Of a stretch of DNA of 64,000 bases, positions 1-12,746 are shown piece by piece; position 1 is the stretch's first letter, and each line of letters opens with the position of its first letter. The DNA comes from Octopus sinensis. Its lineage: Eukaryota. The position numbers were made by a program, and so were the translations under genes. Location of the stretch: the NCBI RefSeq assembly GCF_006345805.1, contig NC_042999.1, positions 22,196,001-22,260,000 of the forward strand, in the 5' to 3' direction. Under the pieces are notes generated by a model. That model made no database searches, had not been told where the DNA came from, and saw nothing but the letters and a program-made list of their open reading frames with translations.

Positions 1-229
1 AGTCTGGTAATTTATGTTATAAACGTTCAAGCTCGGAATGAGGAAAAGCAAAGTTAACCTCGACTGAATTTGAACCCAGAACTTTAAAACACGGAATAAA
101 TACTGCAAAGCGTTTTCCTGACGCTTTACCGATTCAGCCAGCAGATTTCCCTTAGGTGTACAGTAATTGTACTACACCAGGAAATAAGGACAACAGTTGA
201 GAGGGAAATAGAAATAAAACTTTATATAT

Positions 230-630
230 GCACAGGAGTGGCTGTGTGGTAAGTAGCTTGCTTATCAACCACATGGTTCAGGGTTCAGTCCCACTGCGTG
301 GCACATTGGGCAAGTGTATTCTACTATAGCCTCGGGCCGACCAAAGCCTTGTGAGTGGATTTGGTAGACGGAAACTGAAAGAAAGAAGCCCGTCATGTAT
401 ATGTATATATATATATGTGTGTGTGTATATATGTTTGTGTGTCTGTGTTTGTCCCCAACATCGCTTGACAGCCGATGATGGTGTGTTTACGTCCCTGTAA
501 CTTAGCGGTTCGGCAAAAGAGACCGATAGAATAAGTACTAGGCTTACAAAGAATAAGTCCTACGGTCGGGTTGCTCGACTAATGCCAGTGATCTAGCATG
601 GCTGCAATCAAATGACTGAAACAAGTAAAA
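230..630 (+). mobile_element. SINE family A (tRNA-derived head, internal TA/TG microsatellite, CR1-like 3' tail)
   Basis: Head gcacaggagtggctgtgtggtaag...ggttcagtcccactgcg (A/B-box-like); tail gcatggctgcaatcaaatgactgaaacaagtaaaa; more than 12 homologous copies in the window. Confidence 0.9.
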
Positions 631-649
631 CATTAAATAGAGAGTATAC

Positions 650-787
650 TCCAGCCTCGTTCACAATCAGCAATGGCTTAGTATCAGCATGTACCACACT
701 TTCACTAATTATTTTAGCTGCCCGTATAACCGCAAAGAGATTCTGAAATGTTGTCGGTCCTCCTACACTTGACCCAAGATGTGACAG
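650..787 (-). CDS. Candidate isolated coding exon, product unknown (LSHLGSSVGGPTTFQNLFAVIRAAKIISESVVHADTKPLLIVNEAG)
   Basis: Minus strand has a CTAAC branch-like motif, a long polypyrimidine tract and CAG acceptor (788-790), then a 138-nt open frame in non-repetitive sequence; donor GGA|gtatac is weak. Confidence 0.3.
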
Positions 788-1129
788 CTGAAGGCAGAGA
801 GAGAGGAAGGGTGCACAAGTGTTAGGTTGGTACTTTTATTAATTAGTTGTTTTTTCTACAAATTGCTTTTATATCCGGGTAAATACAGAACAACAAATGG
901 TACAAGAGGAAAAAAGCTCTCTCACTGTTTTCCTTTCGAAGCGTATATCCTATTTCAGTGCCGGATCCGTCTGCTTTCATATTAAATGCAACGAACCTGT
1001 TGCTCCGGTAGACTTGTTGCTCTGTGTGATATACATCATCATCATCAGCAACAGCAGCATCATCATAATCATCATCATTAACGACGACGACGACGACTGG
1101 ACGTTTCGTGTTCTTAGACTCATGGAGTC

Positions 1130-1394
1130 AGTTATTTGGTTTGCATGTTCCTTCTCCAGCCATGCCAGTCTCATAAAAAGCCGGTTTCTCGGTTTCAGTG
1201 GTTTATTCATTCTTCACCTGGACAGAACGCCGGTCCGTCGCAGGATTATTCATTTTTGCCTGCTGAGTGGACTGGAGCAACGTGAAATGAAGTGTTTTGC
1301 TCAAGAGCACAACGCATCACCCGGTCCAGGAATCGAAACCACAATCTTACGATCATGATGCTGACACATTAACCACTAAGCCACGCACCTCCAC
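1130..1394 (-). mobile_element. SINE family F (tRNA head, CORE-like middle, tail similar to family C)
   Basis: Reverse complement gives gtggaggtgcgtggcttagtggttaa...ttcgattcctggaccggg...cttgagcaaaacacttcatttcacgttgctccagtccactcagc. Confidence 0.75.
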
Positions 1395-1439
1395 TTGGTT
1401 TGCATGGCGTATAAGTGATCGAGAACACAATATTGCCGC

Positions 1440-1620
1440 AGGACGAGACGACAGTTTGTCGCAGCGTTACTCATTTACAGCCGAGTGGACTGGAGCAACA
1501 GAATATAAAGTGGTTTTTTTTGTTTTTTTTGCTGGACCACAACTCACTACCCGGTCCCGGAATCGAAATCACAATCTTGTGATCGTGAGAGCAGAACTCA
1601 AGTCATTAGGTCACGCACCT
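1440..1620 (-). mobile_element. Degraded tRNA-head/CORE-like SINE fragment
   Basis: Shares gagtggactggagcaac and ggaatcgaaatcacaatc...gatcgtgag with 1130-1394. Confidence 0.6.
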
Positions 1621-2491
1621 AATACTGGAGGCAAATAATCGTTCATCGAGTCCCGAAAGCCCTATTTTATACCACGAGAATGACAGTGGTAGGAAGTAGA
1701 ATTTGAATTGGGATTTGAAACCAGAACATAAGACTCGGAACAGATACCTCAATGCATTTTTCCGAGGTACTGACAAATCCGCCAATCCACGGCCTCTAGT
1801 CTCTTCCAATAGTGATCGATTCGGAAAGATTGAAAGGCTAGCACATTCGATATGTTACTTTTGATGCTCTGTCTGAAGAATTTCCAATAGGAGATATCAC
1901 ACTTTTCTACTACATGTAGCTCCTATTATCAAATGTAACACGTGTAATGGTGAATAAATAATGCCAAAAAAAATTCCAATGCCCTTTTTTTGTTTTTTCG
2001 TCTTTTTTTCTTTTAATTAGTCGGCAGAAAATATTTTCCAGTACTTTCAAGTCTTATACATGCCAAATATCTACACAGGAATTTTGGATACTGAAATAAG
2101 CAGATGTGATTCAAGAGGACACGGCTTGAATTTTTACCCTATCTACATTATATAAGAAAATCACAAAGAACACGAAGATGCAGATGTGCCAATCTCCGTA
2201 TTCGATTGTCTTAGATAAAAGCTCGGTCAAATATTTATAACCCAGCGAAGCGAACCCAGGGTACATTCATCAGCTGAATTACAGTGGCATTGCTCACTTT
2301 AAGTAATCCCAAGAACTCCTTACAAATCGATGTGGTTAGCCGGAACCCGGACTATAACTGACTGCTAGTACGGTACCCGCCTAGTTAACTTATCCCTATC
2401 TCTTCCTTATGTGTATATATATATATAAATCTGTCCTCAAATGAGGACATGAATCTGTCCTCAAATATCTTACGCACCCCGTATATACACA

Positions 2492-2492
<1 letters not shown>

Positions 2493-2542
<50 letters not shown>
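2493..2542. repeat. (TA)n microsatellite
   Basis: Direct reading. Confidence 0.95.
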
Positions 2543-2546
<4 letters not shown>

Positions 2547-3562
2547 ATTCTTTCTGTGTATATTGTCTCGCTGTTCGAAATCCAAACATTATCATCGAGG
2601 CTCACATTTTATTTATCAATGTTATTATTTTCTATTTCCTAGATCGATAAGAATACAAGACAAGTAACCAATATTCTTATCTAAAATATCAAAATAAAAT
2701 CAATCATTGCCTCTACGACACAACGACACTTACTCTGAATTAAATCCTCCGAAAACAAAAAAAGTATTAACAATTTTATATATATATAAGAATATGTCTA
2801 TATCGCCTTGACAAACAGCGTGACAACCAATGTTGGATGTTATTACAATCTGGTATTAAGTTAGTGTATGAAATAATGAAATACGGCAATGAGAATGCTG
2901 TATCACAATATCTATATGGTATATACTTCCAATACAATCAGAAAATGTGGTGTGCACAAACAGAACAAGGAAATAATTTAAGTAAGTAATGTTTGACGCA
3001 ACTACATTGACCAGACTCAACTCATACACTGATTAACTGTGACCAACGTGAAACCTCGGTGTTAAATCTGATGCAGTCGTGTATCCTTTGTAAGTCAGCT
3101 TTGATGTTTCTGAAAATGCACACAAACACACACCTTATACACACATGTACGTATGTATGTATGTATCTATGTATGTATGATAACATGTGTATGTGCGCGT
3201 ATTTGTATACCTTATCTGCATGTATTTTTGAGTACATGTGTGCGAAAAATACAGAGAGAGAGAGAGAGTCTGTATATTTATTATGTGTCTCGTATATTTA
3301 TCAGACTTATGATATAATGTTATAACGTTACATCTCGAGACAATTTTTCTTTTCTTTTTTTTCATTTTTTTGGGGGTTTTTTTTTTTTTTACTTACCAAA
3401 TATATCTACTCCGCTCTGTTATCTCAAAGTGAACAAATGATATTGAGATTTATTCCCAAAACGATAAGCAATATGTATATATCCTTAAATTGATGTAATA
3501 CAGAAACTCAGAAACTCTGTTGACAAGAAAGTTGCTTATACCTCGGCTACCATCACTACAAC

Positions 3563-3610
<48 letters not shown>

Positions 3611-3645
3611 TCTTATTATTATTATCATTATTATTATTATTATTA

Positions 3646-3694
<49 letters not shown>

Positions 3695-3708
3695 CATCAT
3701 TATTATCA

Positions 3709-3751
<43 letters not shown>

Positions 3752-3763
3752 TATTATTATTAT
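3563..3763. repeat. (ATT)n microsatellite of about 200 bp
   Basis: Direct reading; explains the poly-N and poly-L ORFs. Confidence 0.95.
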
Positions 3764-4099
3764 GTTTCTTCAATTTTTATTTTTACCTTTAACCAATCGC
3801 TGTGTTTTAAATCCACGTAGAGGTAGAAATAAATCTATCAAATGGCATTTTGGTTTAAGTAGTAAGGGCGTAGGTTCAAATTCTTTTGGGATCAAATGTG
3901 TTTTATTTATTTTTGTAAATCCTTTTTTTCTTCATTCCTTTTATTATTGAGCCCTAAAACTCATCAGGCCGTTGTCCCGGATTCTTTGATGTGTACATGA
4001 CCGAGACGACAACATTTGCCCTTGAACGAGACGCTGGTCTGTTGCGGGGTTCGAGGTCAGAGACTTTAAGGAGTGAGCAAGTATTTGACTGATACTCTA

Positions 4100-4688
4100 T
4101 TTTATTCTTTCTACTATAGGCACAAGGACTGAAATTTTTGATGAGGGGTCTAGTCGATTAGATCGACTCCAGTACGCAACTGGTACTTAATTTATCGACC
4201 CCGAAAGGATGAAAGCCAAAGTTGACCTCGGCGGAATTTGAACGCAGAACGTAACGGCAGAGGAAATACCTATTTCTTTACTACCCACAAGGGGCTAAAC
4301 ACAGAGGGGACAAACTAGGACAAACAAACGGATTAAGTCGATTATATCGACCCCAGTGCGTAACTGGTACTTATTTACTCGACCCCGAAAGGATTAAAGG
4401 CAAAGTCGACCTCGGCGGAATTTGAACGCAGAATGTAACGGCGGACGAAATACCTATTTCTTTACTACCCACAAGGGGCTAAACACAGAGAGGACAAACA
4501 AGGACAGACAAACGGATTTCAGTCGATTATATCGACCCCAGTGCGTAACTGGTACTTATTTAATCGACCCCGAAAGGATTAAAGGCAAAGTCGACCTCGG
4601 CGGAATTTGAACTCAGAACGTAGCGGCAGGCGAAATACCGCTGAGTATTTCGCCCGGCGTGCTAACGATTCTGCCAGCTCGCCGCCTT
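4100..4688 (-). mobile_element. SINE family B, head-to-tail trimer
   Basis: One head (ggcggcgagctggcagaatcgttagc) plus three ~180-bp units containing gagttcaaattccgccgaggtcgactttgcctttcatcctttcggggtcg. Confidence 0.9.
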
Positions 4689-4825
4689 GGTACTTTATTT
4701 TATCAAACCCCAGACGGATGAAAGGTAAAGTTTACCACGGTGGCGTTCGAAATCAGAACATAAAGAACCAGAAGAAATGCCGCTAAGCTTTTTATCCTAA
4801 ACGATTTTACCAGCTTGCCGCCTTT
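4689..4825 (-). mobile_element. Degraded SINE-B copy
   Basis: ggatgaaaggtaaagtt...cagaac...ccagcttgccgcc. Confidence 0.65.
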
Positions 4826-5154
4826 CTCTTTTAGCTATTTGGTGTAAATACATAAATACAATAAACAAAAAGTGAATTAATTCAGTCGATAAATTATTGC
4901 AGCCGACTTTCATGTAGCGTAAATTTTAATCTTCTCAGAAGACCTTGTGACATGAACAACCGTTATCTAAATCTATGTGAAATACTTCCTGAGACTGGAG
5001 AACTGACCTAAAGATCTGTGTAAAGTAATCCTGGACCAGTTACTGGCGCGTAAAGGTTAACGCTTGAAGTGTATTACGCAAGAACGAGATGTCCTTACGT
5101 CGGGATTCCACGCATTTTCCTTCTACCATATTTCACTTGCTCAAAATGCAGTGT

Positions 5155-5530
5155 ATTTGTATGGTTGTGTAGTTCAGAAGTTCGCCTCACAAGCAAAAGG
5201 TTTTGGTTTGGGTTTCAGTCCCACTGCGCAGCACCCATGGCAAGTGTTTTCTACTATAGTCTTGGACAAATAAATTCTTTCTGAGCCGATTGGGGAGACG
5301 GAAACTGTCATATATATGCTTGGGGGGGGGGGGGGGAGTTCGTGACTATCTCTGTCTTCCAAACACTCCCCATTTGACAACTGATGGTGGTTTAGCAAAA
5401 CGAACCGATAAAATAAGGACCAAACTTAGAAAAAAGAAAGAAATGGGTCCGATTTGCTCAACCAAAACCTGGAAGACGAGACCACAGCATGGCAGTAGTA
5501 CAATTACTAAAACGAGTAAAAGAAGTAAAA
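5155..5530 (+). mobile_element. Degraded SINE-A copy
   Basis: ggtttcagtcccactgcg...caagtgttttctactatag...agacggaaactg...cagcatggc...gagtaaaag. Confidence 0.7.
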
Positions 5531-7549
5531 GAAATTGTGATTGAACTTTAAATTCTATAGTTGCGTATAGAACCTCTAAGGTACACGAATGTTGAGAAAA
5601 ACACAAATTCTTATTATAATTTATTAGAACACAGGAACAAAATATATGCAAGGTATAGGGCATATGGTTAAGATAACGCAGAATACAACGTATATGCCAT
5701 ATAGTTAAGATAAACTCAAAACAAGTCCGAAATTCGGAGAAATAGTTAGATAAAGTCATCTGATTTAGAAGTTCGCTTCATTATTACATGGTTCTCCGTT
5801 TGATTTCATTGCATCCAACTTTGAGAAAGTATTTTATACTATAGTTTCGGATTGATGCAAATTTATGTGTGAAATTGGGAAGACCGAAAATGGACCGAAA
5901 CCCATAAAATAGAATGTACCTCTTTTTTCTGCTAAGCTTAATCTCTCACCCAGTTTCATGATATTAGCCGAATGGCGGAGTTTTTTCGCCCTCAGTCCTC
6001 GAACAGAGTCCCTGATCTGCGAATGAACTGCTATTCTAAGGCATTGCTTCCTACTGCAGTTTAATACTCTCCGGGGTCAAATTTGTCTTTCATCGATTTG
6101 GGAACTTGATAAAGTAAAATACACCCCTCACCTTTTCCACCTGTGACTCAAAGGGGCATCAAGGATACGCCAGCTGGATAGATAGAGGGCCGTAAAATAA
6201 TTGCTGATACACATTTCAGTTGAAAAATATTTGAGCAACATAAAATGAAGTGTCTTACTCGAGGATGCAGCCTGATACTCCATTCAAGAATAGAACTGAA
6301 GACGTTATGATAAGGGACACAATATCCTAAATCTAAGACCATGAGCCTTCATAATGCACTTATAAATAGTATGAATATTGCACGTTCATTTTCCTTTCGC
6401 ATTTACATCCAAAGGTTTGAGAGAAAAGTTTTTTAAAATGTAAAGTGGTGCCAAATGCTAAGTAATAACATTTAGCTACTGGCAAGGCAAGGCTGTGACC
6501 TTCAGTCAATTCTCTCTTAGAGTTATTTTCTTTTCGATTATGACCGTCGGTGAAACCATTGGGAAAAGCATAAACGATTACACACATTGTCTTCCTTCTA
6601 ACTATAGTATTTATTGCTTATGTAATAAATTAATACAGTTCGTTAATGTCGTAGCGTAAAAATGAAGCCCTCTGTAAACCAAGTCCGCTAGCCAATTTCG
6701 ATTCCCGATTAGAACTACTTAAGCTTGCTTGCGTTGCTAATGTCTTTGGGTCTGTTTATATCACAAATGCATTATTATCCCACAATTACATTTTCCGCTA
6801 TCCCAATAATTCTGAGATTTTCAGCTTATGCAAAAGAAGTTTAGCTACCTATAAAATTTCTCGTTTTCGATAAAATTCCTGCTTTCCTATAATAGTTTTT
6901 CTCTTCGTCCATATATCTAACTTCCCTATAAATGATTTCCCTATAAATCACTTTTCTATAATTCGATAATTCCTATCATTCCGAGGTCTTGGACTTATGT
7001 AGGAAATAAATACGATACGAAGTGTCGTAACGTATTAAGAAAAAGCTATCTGTGGAACTAGACATGAACGTTACACGATCTCGTATAATTTCCTCCATAA
7101 ATCTCAAATCTCGGCTATGTCGCTTGCGCAATAAATCAATATGTAGTGAAATTGAAATCGATTTCTCAGCTGTGATGTTGCAATGAACATTGCAACAAGG
7201 TCACTTGAACTATTCACCTACAATATAAACATTAACAACTTCTTATAGTTCTCCATCTCTATAGCCATTATACGTAAATGTATCAAAGCAATATGCATGT
7301 ACCTGCTCCTTGACAAACATCTTAAACTCCGGTTTATATTACAACTTCAAACGCAACCAAGTCAGTTTGCACACGTCAAGGCTTTCGTGTGCCATACATG
7401 ACATATGGACTGAAAATGCATTATCTTTCATTCTGCTGAAGGTTGATCAACAGATCAAAATCTTGTTTTATCAAAGAGACACAGCCCTTGCATAATCACT
7501 ATAAATCTTACATCTTACCCGCCATCTCCATGACATTTAATACTCTCCC

Positions 7550-7975
7550 CCCTCTCTCTCTCTTTCAATCTACCTCACTTACTTCTCTTTCTCTCGTTTC
7601 ATTCCCTCTTTCAATCCACCTCACTCTCACCTCTCTCTCTCTCTCTCTCTTAGTGTTTCTCTCTCACTCTTATTCTGTCTCTTACTCTTATTCTCTCGTT
7701 CTCTCTCTTTTAGTTTTACTCTCTCTCACTCATTGTCTCTCTCTCTCTTACTCTTACTCTCTCTTACTCTTACTCTCTCTCACTCTCATTCTCTCCCTTA
7801 CTCTTTCTCTCTCTCACTCTCGTTCTCTCTCTCTCTCTCTTAGATTTACTCTCTCTCTCTCACATCGTCTCTCTCTTAGCCTTACTCTCTCTCTTTCTGA
7901 CTCTCATTCTCTCTCTCGTTCCCCTAGCTTTACTCTTACTCTCTCCCCTCCCCCACTTCTCTCTTTCTCTCTCAA
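7550..7975. repeat. Degenerate (CT)n / CTTACT polypyrimidine tract
   Basis: Direct reading; the source of the 202-aa L/S-rich ORF. Confidence 0.9.
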
Positions 7976-8267
7976 ACACTCATTTTCATTCATATTCATA
8001 CAATTGGTTACAAAATTATACACAAATACATTTACGGAAACATACAGCTAATAGCAGTGTGGTTTGGTAAAGGATCAGGCTGTTACATACATATATGAAC
8101 ACACATACATATATACATATACGCATACATAAACCCACATTGGTAAATGCGCACACAAAATACACACACACACGCATAAACACCCACCTTCCCATGCATA
8201 CAAACCTTCAAATTTTACTCCGTCCAAAAACTATCCATCCACCTATATATCAATCCACAGCTCTCTA

Positions 8268-11007
8268 TGTGTGTGTGTGTGTGTGTGTTTTCTATATATT
8301 CTTCTATATCTATCGCTATCTCTACCATTCTAGCAGAGTGAAACGAAAAGCAAGGAGTTAAAAACGATTAAGAATTATGACCGCCGAAATATTATCGCAG
8401 TCCATTTCTAACTTGTTCACGAACGTCTTATCAGCTTCCAAGATATTGTCATACAAAACACCCCGTAGGCGAAGAAGCTGAAAGCAATACTCAAAGACAG
8501 ATTTAATAAATTCTTGATCTGTGTATCATACTCTTGATCATTTAAACAACGGAAAAACCAATCCGAACCTTTTGATCATTGGTCAATGAGGACTGACCCG
8601 GAGCAGCATAATATCAATATCAGAAACAATATTTTAAATTCTCTCTGAAATAGAATCGTCTTTCGACCAGTCACATGACGGAATATCATAATCAAAAATT
8701 GTCCATACCCAAGTAAAATTAGCAAATATCAAAGTTTCTGAGGGAAAAAAGCAATGTTGAAAGTGATAAGATTTACTTTTATCCAGAGGGCAAAGTATGG
8801 AAGACTTTGTTGCTAAAATAAACAGAGATGATAGTTTTGCAGTTGAGAAATAGCTACAGGACAAAAAAGAAAAGATGAACGAAGATAATGAACACTGTAC
8901 TGAAAGTATACAGACAAACACACGCGCATGCGTACACATGTAAACACGCACACGCGTTCACACACACATAGACCTATGTATTTATTCACACATATACACA
9001 TACATATACATGTTTATATACAGTCATATATAAAAACAGACGTTAATATAAATACCGAGATATGCGGATGTATATGTATTTGTGTGTGTGAGAGAGTGTG
9101 TGTATAAGTATGTATGTGTATATGTGTGTGTGTACGTGTATGTACGCATGTGTATGTGTGTGTACGTGTGTGCGTCTATTTAAGTATCATGTGTGTATTT
9201 GTGTATATGTGTGTGCGTGTGTATGTGTGTGTACGTGTGTGTTAGTGTAAGTAGTGTGTATGTGTGTGTACGTGAGTGTGTATAAGTTTGTATGTGTGTA
9301 TGTGTGTGTACGTGTGTATCTGTGTGTATGTATTTGTACGTGGTGTGTGTGTGTGTGTGTGTGAGTGTATAAGTATGTGTGTGTGTGTGTATGTGTGTTT
9401 ATGTGTATGTGTGTGTGTGTGTGTACACACAATTTATTGTGACTCGGAAGATGATAAATGTGCGGAATGTGGGATTGCTTTCGTTTCTTCAGTCGATCGA
9501 CGATAAATGATTGATTGATACGACTGAACTATGGAACGAGACCGCCTCCAATATTTATCGGAAACATATGTCAGGCTTGAATAAATGCATAAAATCTATT
9601 ATATGGTTAAACTGTTAATCATATATATATGTGTGTGTGTGTGTGTGTGGTGTGTGTGTGTGTGTTGTGTGTGTGTTTTCTATATATTCTTCTATATCTA
9701 TCGCTATCTCTACCATTCTAGCAGAGTGAAACGAAAAGCAAGGAGTTAAAAACGATTAAGAATTATGACCGCCGAAATATTATCGCAGTCCATTTCTAAC
9801 TTGTCCACGAACGTCTTATCAGCTTCCAAGATATTGTCATACAAAACACCCCGTAGGCGAAGAAGCTGAAAGCAATACTCAAAGACAGATTTAATAAATT
9901 CTTGATCTGTGTATCATACTCTTGATCATTTAAACAACGGAAAAACCAATCCGAACCTTTTGATCATTGGTCAATGAGGACTGACCCGGAGCAGCATAAT
10001 ATCAATATCAGAAACAATATTTTAAATTCTCTCTGAAATAGAATCGTCTTTCGACCAGTCACATGACGGAATATCATAATCAAAAATTGTCCATACCCAA
10101 GTAAAATTAGCAAATATCAAAGTTTCTGAGGGAGAAAAAGCAATGTTGAAAGTGATAAGATTTACTTTTATCCAGAGGGCAAAGTATGGAAGACGTTGTT
10201 GCTAAAATAAACAGAGATGATAGTTTTGCGGTTGAGAAATAGCTACAGGACAAAAAAGAAAAGATGAACGAAGATAATGAACACTGTACTGAAAGTATAC
10301 AGACAAACACACGCGCATGCGTACACATGTAAACACGCACACGCGTTCACACACACATAGACCTATGTATTTATTCACACATATACACATACATATACAT
10401 GTTTATATACAGTCATATATAAAAACAGACGTTAATATAAATACCGAGATATGCGGATGTATATGTATTTGTGTGTGTGAGAGAGTGTGTGTATAAGTAT
10501 GTATGTGTATATGCGTGTGTGTACGTGTATGTACGCATGTGTATGTGTGTGTATGTGTGTGCGTCTATTTAAGTATCATGTGTGTATTTGTGTATATGTG
10601 TGTGTGTGTATGTGTGTGTGTACGTGTGTGTTAGTGTAAGTAGTGTGTATGTGTGTGTACGTGAGTGTGTATAAGTATGTATGTGTGTATGTGTGTGTAC
10701 GTGTGTATCTGTGTGTATGTATTTGTACGTGGTGTGTGTGTGTGTGTGTGAGTGTATAAGTATGTGTGTGTGTGTATGTGTGTTTATGTGTATGTGTGTG
10801 TGTGTGTGTACACACAATTTATTGTGACTCGGAAGATGATAAATGTGCGGAATGTGGGATTGCTTTCGTTTCTTCAGTCGATCGACGATAAATTGATTGA
10901 TTGATACGACTGAACTATGGAACGAGACCGCCTCCAATATTTATCGGAAACATATGTCAGGCTTGAATAAATGCATAAAATCTATTATATGTGTTAAACT
11001 GTTAATC

Positions 11008-11040
<33 letters not shown>
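8268..11040. repeat. Tandem duplication, two near-identical 1388-bp units bounded by (TG)n tracts
   Basis: Offset of 1388 confirmed at 8292/9680 and 8636/10024; only a few substitutions seen in the unique part. Confidence 0.9.
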
Positions 11041-11043
<3 letters not shown>

Positions 11044-11060
11044 CTTTGTGTGTGTGTGTA

Positions 11061-11095
<35 letters not shown>

Positions 11096-11175
11096 GTGTG
11101 TGCATGTGTGTGTGTAGTGTAGTGTCAGCCCTGCGCATATTATCACTGTAAGTCAGTGGTAATATATAATAATGG

Positions 11176-11362
11176 AAGGCGACGAGTTGGCAGAATCGTT
11201 AGAATAATGCTTAGCGATATTTCGTCCGTCTTTACATTCTGAGTTCAAATTCCGCTGAAGTCAACTTAGCCTTTCATCATTTCGAGGTCGATAAAATAAG
11301 TACCAGGCGAACACTAGAGGTGATGAAATTGCTGGCCTTGCGTCAAAATTTAAAACCAATAT
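11176..11362 (+). mobile_element. SINE-B, older copy with alternative tail
   Basis: aaggcgacgagttggcagaatcgttag...ctgagttcaaattccgctgaagtcaacttagcctttcatc. Confidence 0.8.
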
Positions 11363-11750
11363 AGGATAATGAGATGTAAATAGATTTGACTTAGCAAGTT
11401 TGTTGAATATAATGGGTAGAAGCTGATGTAAGTATTTATAAGAGCTACGATGTCTCTATAAGACATTTGGTTTCGAAATGTGAAACCTTGTAATAGTCGC
11501 CCCCATGAATTTACCCATCACAAAATTCGAGTTTTACACGAGTTCATATAGTAAGGAAATATTGTCAAAATGGCTGAAAGAGGAGCAATCAGCCATAATG
11601 AATAAAATGAAACATGCATTACAGCTGATCTCTGGTGCCCCCCCCCCCCCACACACACACACACAAAATGATAGAATTCTTTCACTAGTTAATGACACCA
11701 AAACAATCTTGCTGACAAGTATAAAATAAACGAACGATATGTCTATATAT

Positions 11751-11947
11751 CTTTTAGCTTGCTTTAGTCATTAGACTGCAGCCATAGTGGAGCACTGCCT
11801 TGTAGAGTTGCCGAACAAATCAACTCCAGTACTTAGTTTTATTAGCCTGGTAATTATTCTATCGGACTATCGCGCGCTTTTTGCTGAACGGGGACGTAAA
11901 TGAGCCAAAACCAATTGTGAAGCGGTGGTGGTGGTCAAACACAAATA

Positions 11948-12001
<54 letters not shown>

Positions 12002-12150
12002 CTTCCCCGTCTATCAGATTCGTTTACAAGTCATTAGTCAGTCCGACGCTGTAGTAGAAGACATTCCCCCAAGGTGTCACGCAGTGATAATAAACTCGAA
12101 ACTATGAAATTGAAAAAACGAGTTTTTTAACCGCACATCCACATGCCTGT
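11751..12150 (-). mobile_element. Degraded SINE-A copy
   Basis: Reverse-complement tail gtcattagactgcagccat..gagcac, internal (CA)n, head gtagaagacatt...caaggtgtcacgcagtg. Confidence 0.7.
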
Positions 12151-12403
12151 GTCTCCAGACACATTTTGACAAAAGAAAGGATTGTCGCGACAAGAACGAC
12201 TTTGATACACAACTCACTCAGTATGAATAGAAAAGGGCAAACAACAATATTATAAATTGTTTCTTTAGCACAATATATAAAAATATAGTGATAGAACGCA
12301 TTGCTTTTATATATCGATCTTTACAAAAAATTGTGCGCTATTATATTTTACATATTGTATCTTAGAAATTATTAGCATTATGTTTCGGTATTGTTAAGGA
12401 GGA

Positions 12404-12625
12404 AAGGTGGCAGGGTCGTTAGCCAGCATATCGAACAATATACTTATTTCTTTTGGTTCTTTCCGTTCTGAGTACAAACATTGCCGAAATCAACTTCGTC
12501 TTTCATCCTTTCTGAGAAGATAAAATAATTACAAGACAAGTAAATCGGGTCGATATAATCCTCTAACACCTACATCCCCATAAAACTGCTGGTCTTTTAC
12601 CAAAATTTCAAATAATTATGCTTTG
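12404..12625 (+). mobile_element. Degraded SINE-B copy
   Basis: aaggtggcagggtcgttagc...gttctgagtac...ccgaaatcaacttcgtctttcatcctttc. Confidence 0.6.
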
Positions 12626-12746
12626 GTATTATTCGTGTTGTTGTTTATAACTTCGTCACCTCTGATCGAAAACCTCTATCATCAAAGGCTTTCTGTCTAT
12701 GGCCATCTTGCGAATGATTTTCATTTATAAAAATCCTCAAAAAAAA

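Noticed and set aside
2240-2282. Degenerate Helitron-like end (cccagcgaagc...gggtac...cagctg)
   Set aside because: The hairpin is imperfect and there is no terminal CTAG
2428-2466. 8-bp-arm palindrome tgtcctca-aa-tgaggaca and 15-bp direct repeat
   Set aside because: Too short and isolated to interpret
4100-4688. Regularly spaced ~180-bp repeats resembling a CRISPR or satellite array
   Set aside because: The units are whole SINE bodies without unique spacers, the context is eukaryotic, and there are no cas genes
7443-8051. 202-aa ORF and the many other long low-complexity ORFs (poly-L/S, YI, CV, HT, LSIY)
   Set aside because: They are translations of microsatellites that lack stop codons, not genes
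9440-9560. Possible PHD finger (DKCAECG...)
   Set aside because: Only one CxxC is visible; the remaining ligands need multiple frameshifts
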